Source: Neocallimastix sp. 'constans' (lineage: Eukaryota). From it: a stretch of DNA of 64,000 nucleotides. The stretch covers positions 186,001-250,000 of the forward strand of contig JBODTK010000131.1 in assembly GCA_050613775.1 (NCBI GenBank), given 5' to 3'. The position numbers were made by a program, and so were the translations under genes. Positions within the stretch are counted from its first letter, which is position 1. Each line of letters opens with the position of its first letter. Positions 63,081-64,000 of this stretch are shown piece by piece. Under the pieces are notes generated by a model that was not told where the DNA came from, made no database searches, and worked only from the letters and a program-made list of their open reading frames with translations.

Positions 63081-63539
63081 TTACTCTCCCTTAGCGTGAG
63101 TAGAACTATTGTAATAAGTCACCGCGGTATCAAATGAGTTTCTAGCCGAGGAGTTTCCATTTACATAGGATACACCATACCAAAAGGCAGCTTCAAGATA
63201 TTGTCCCTGTTGCATAAAAATTGAAGCTATGGAGGAAGAGGCTGCAGAAATAAAAGAATTCTTCAGCACAGAAACAAAACAACTATCAACTAATTCATTT
63301 TTTAAAAGACACTCACCAAAAGTGCCATATAATTTTTCTGACGACGGCACTGCAGATTTTTCTCCAAAAAAAGCCTCCTCAAATTTTAACAATGCTGTAC
63401 AAGTCTGCCCTGCTTTTTGTAACTCCAAAGCCACGTCATAGATTTCACTTGCTTTTTCTAGAGCCTCTTCGTCGCTTATTTCGCTCAACACAACTTTTTT
63501 CCTTGCTTCTTTGCATCCTGAATGATATGAAGGAAGCAT
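63081..63539 (-). CDS. Hypothetical alpha-helical TPR/Sel1-like protein (152 aa)
   Basis: A GC-richer island; motifs YDVALELQKAGQTCTALLKFEEAF and IASIFMQQGQYLEAAFWYGVSYVNGNSSA resemble TPR/Sel1 helix pairs. Confidence 0.5.
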   Translation of the reverse strand: MLPSYHSGCKEARKKVVLSEISDEEALEKASEIYDVALELQKAGQTCTALLKFEEAFFGEKSAVPSSEKLYGTFGECLLKNELVDSCFVSVLKNSFISAASSSIASIFMQQGQYLEAAFWYGVSYVNGNSSARNSFDTAVTYYNSSTHAKGE

Positions 63540-63897
63540 TCCTAAACATAATTTGTAAAATGATTAATTTTTTTTTTATTTATTTATTATTTATTTTAAT
63601 TTTTGAAAAAAAAAATAATATAAAATTATAAATAAGTATAAATATAAATATAAATATAAATATAAATAAATAAATAAATATATAAATATAAATATAAATA
63701 TAAATATAAATATTAAATATAAATATAAATATAAATATTAAATATAAATATAAATATTAAATATAAATATAAATATAAATAGAAATAGAAATAGAAATAT
63801 TAAATATAAATATAAATAAATATATAAATATATATAAATATAAATCTATATTTAAATTATAAAAAAAAAAAAAAAAAAATTTATATATAAATATAAA

Positions 63898-64000
63898 TGT
63901 TAACTTTATTAATATAAAGTTATATTCTAGCTTAGGTTTAATAAAATATTAAATTAAATTATATTAAATACATTGTAATCATAAATTAAATATAAATTAA
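63898..64000 (+). mobile_element. Start of a diverged LTR of the intact copia family, cut by the window end
   Basis: TGTTAACTTTATTAATATAAAGTTATATTCTAGCTTAGGTTTAATAAAATATT aligns with 15566 onward, with a few substitutions. Confidence 0.88.

Overview
Extremely AT-rich eukaryotic DNA with long poly-A/T tracts and simple repeats. The composition, standard genetic code and intron style suggest an anaerobic gut fungus (Neocallimastigomycota); this is inference only. The first ~22 kb is a retrotransposon nest: decayed Ty1/copia and Ty3/gypsy pieces, LINE fragments, and one intact, apparently very young Ty1/copia element (15556-21987, 241-bp LTRs identical by eye). Its primer-binding site is complementary to the anticodon arm of tRNA-Lys(CUU) rather than to a tRNA 3' end. 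From ~24 to 62 kb there is an array of nine paralogous ankyrin-repeat genes and pseudogenes, built from an unusual 39-aa repeat. The number of variable repeats (1-10) and their surface residues differ strongly between copies. The first copy appears to be spliced in frame to a trypsin-like serine protease with an intact catalytic triad, which suggests a variable-sensor plus protease-effector system. The array is interrupted by LINEs (one full-length with a TSD but internally deleted), a decayed copia, and a foldback/Mutator-like inverted-repeat element at the point where gene orientation flips. A short, more GC-rich TPR/Sel1-like ORF and another copia LTR end the window. All comparisons were made by eye; no searches were run.
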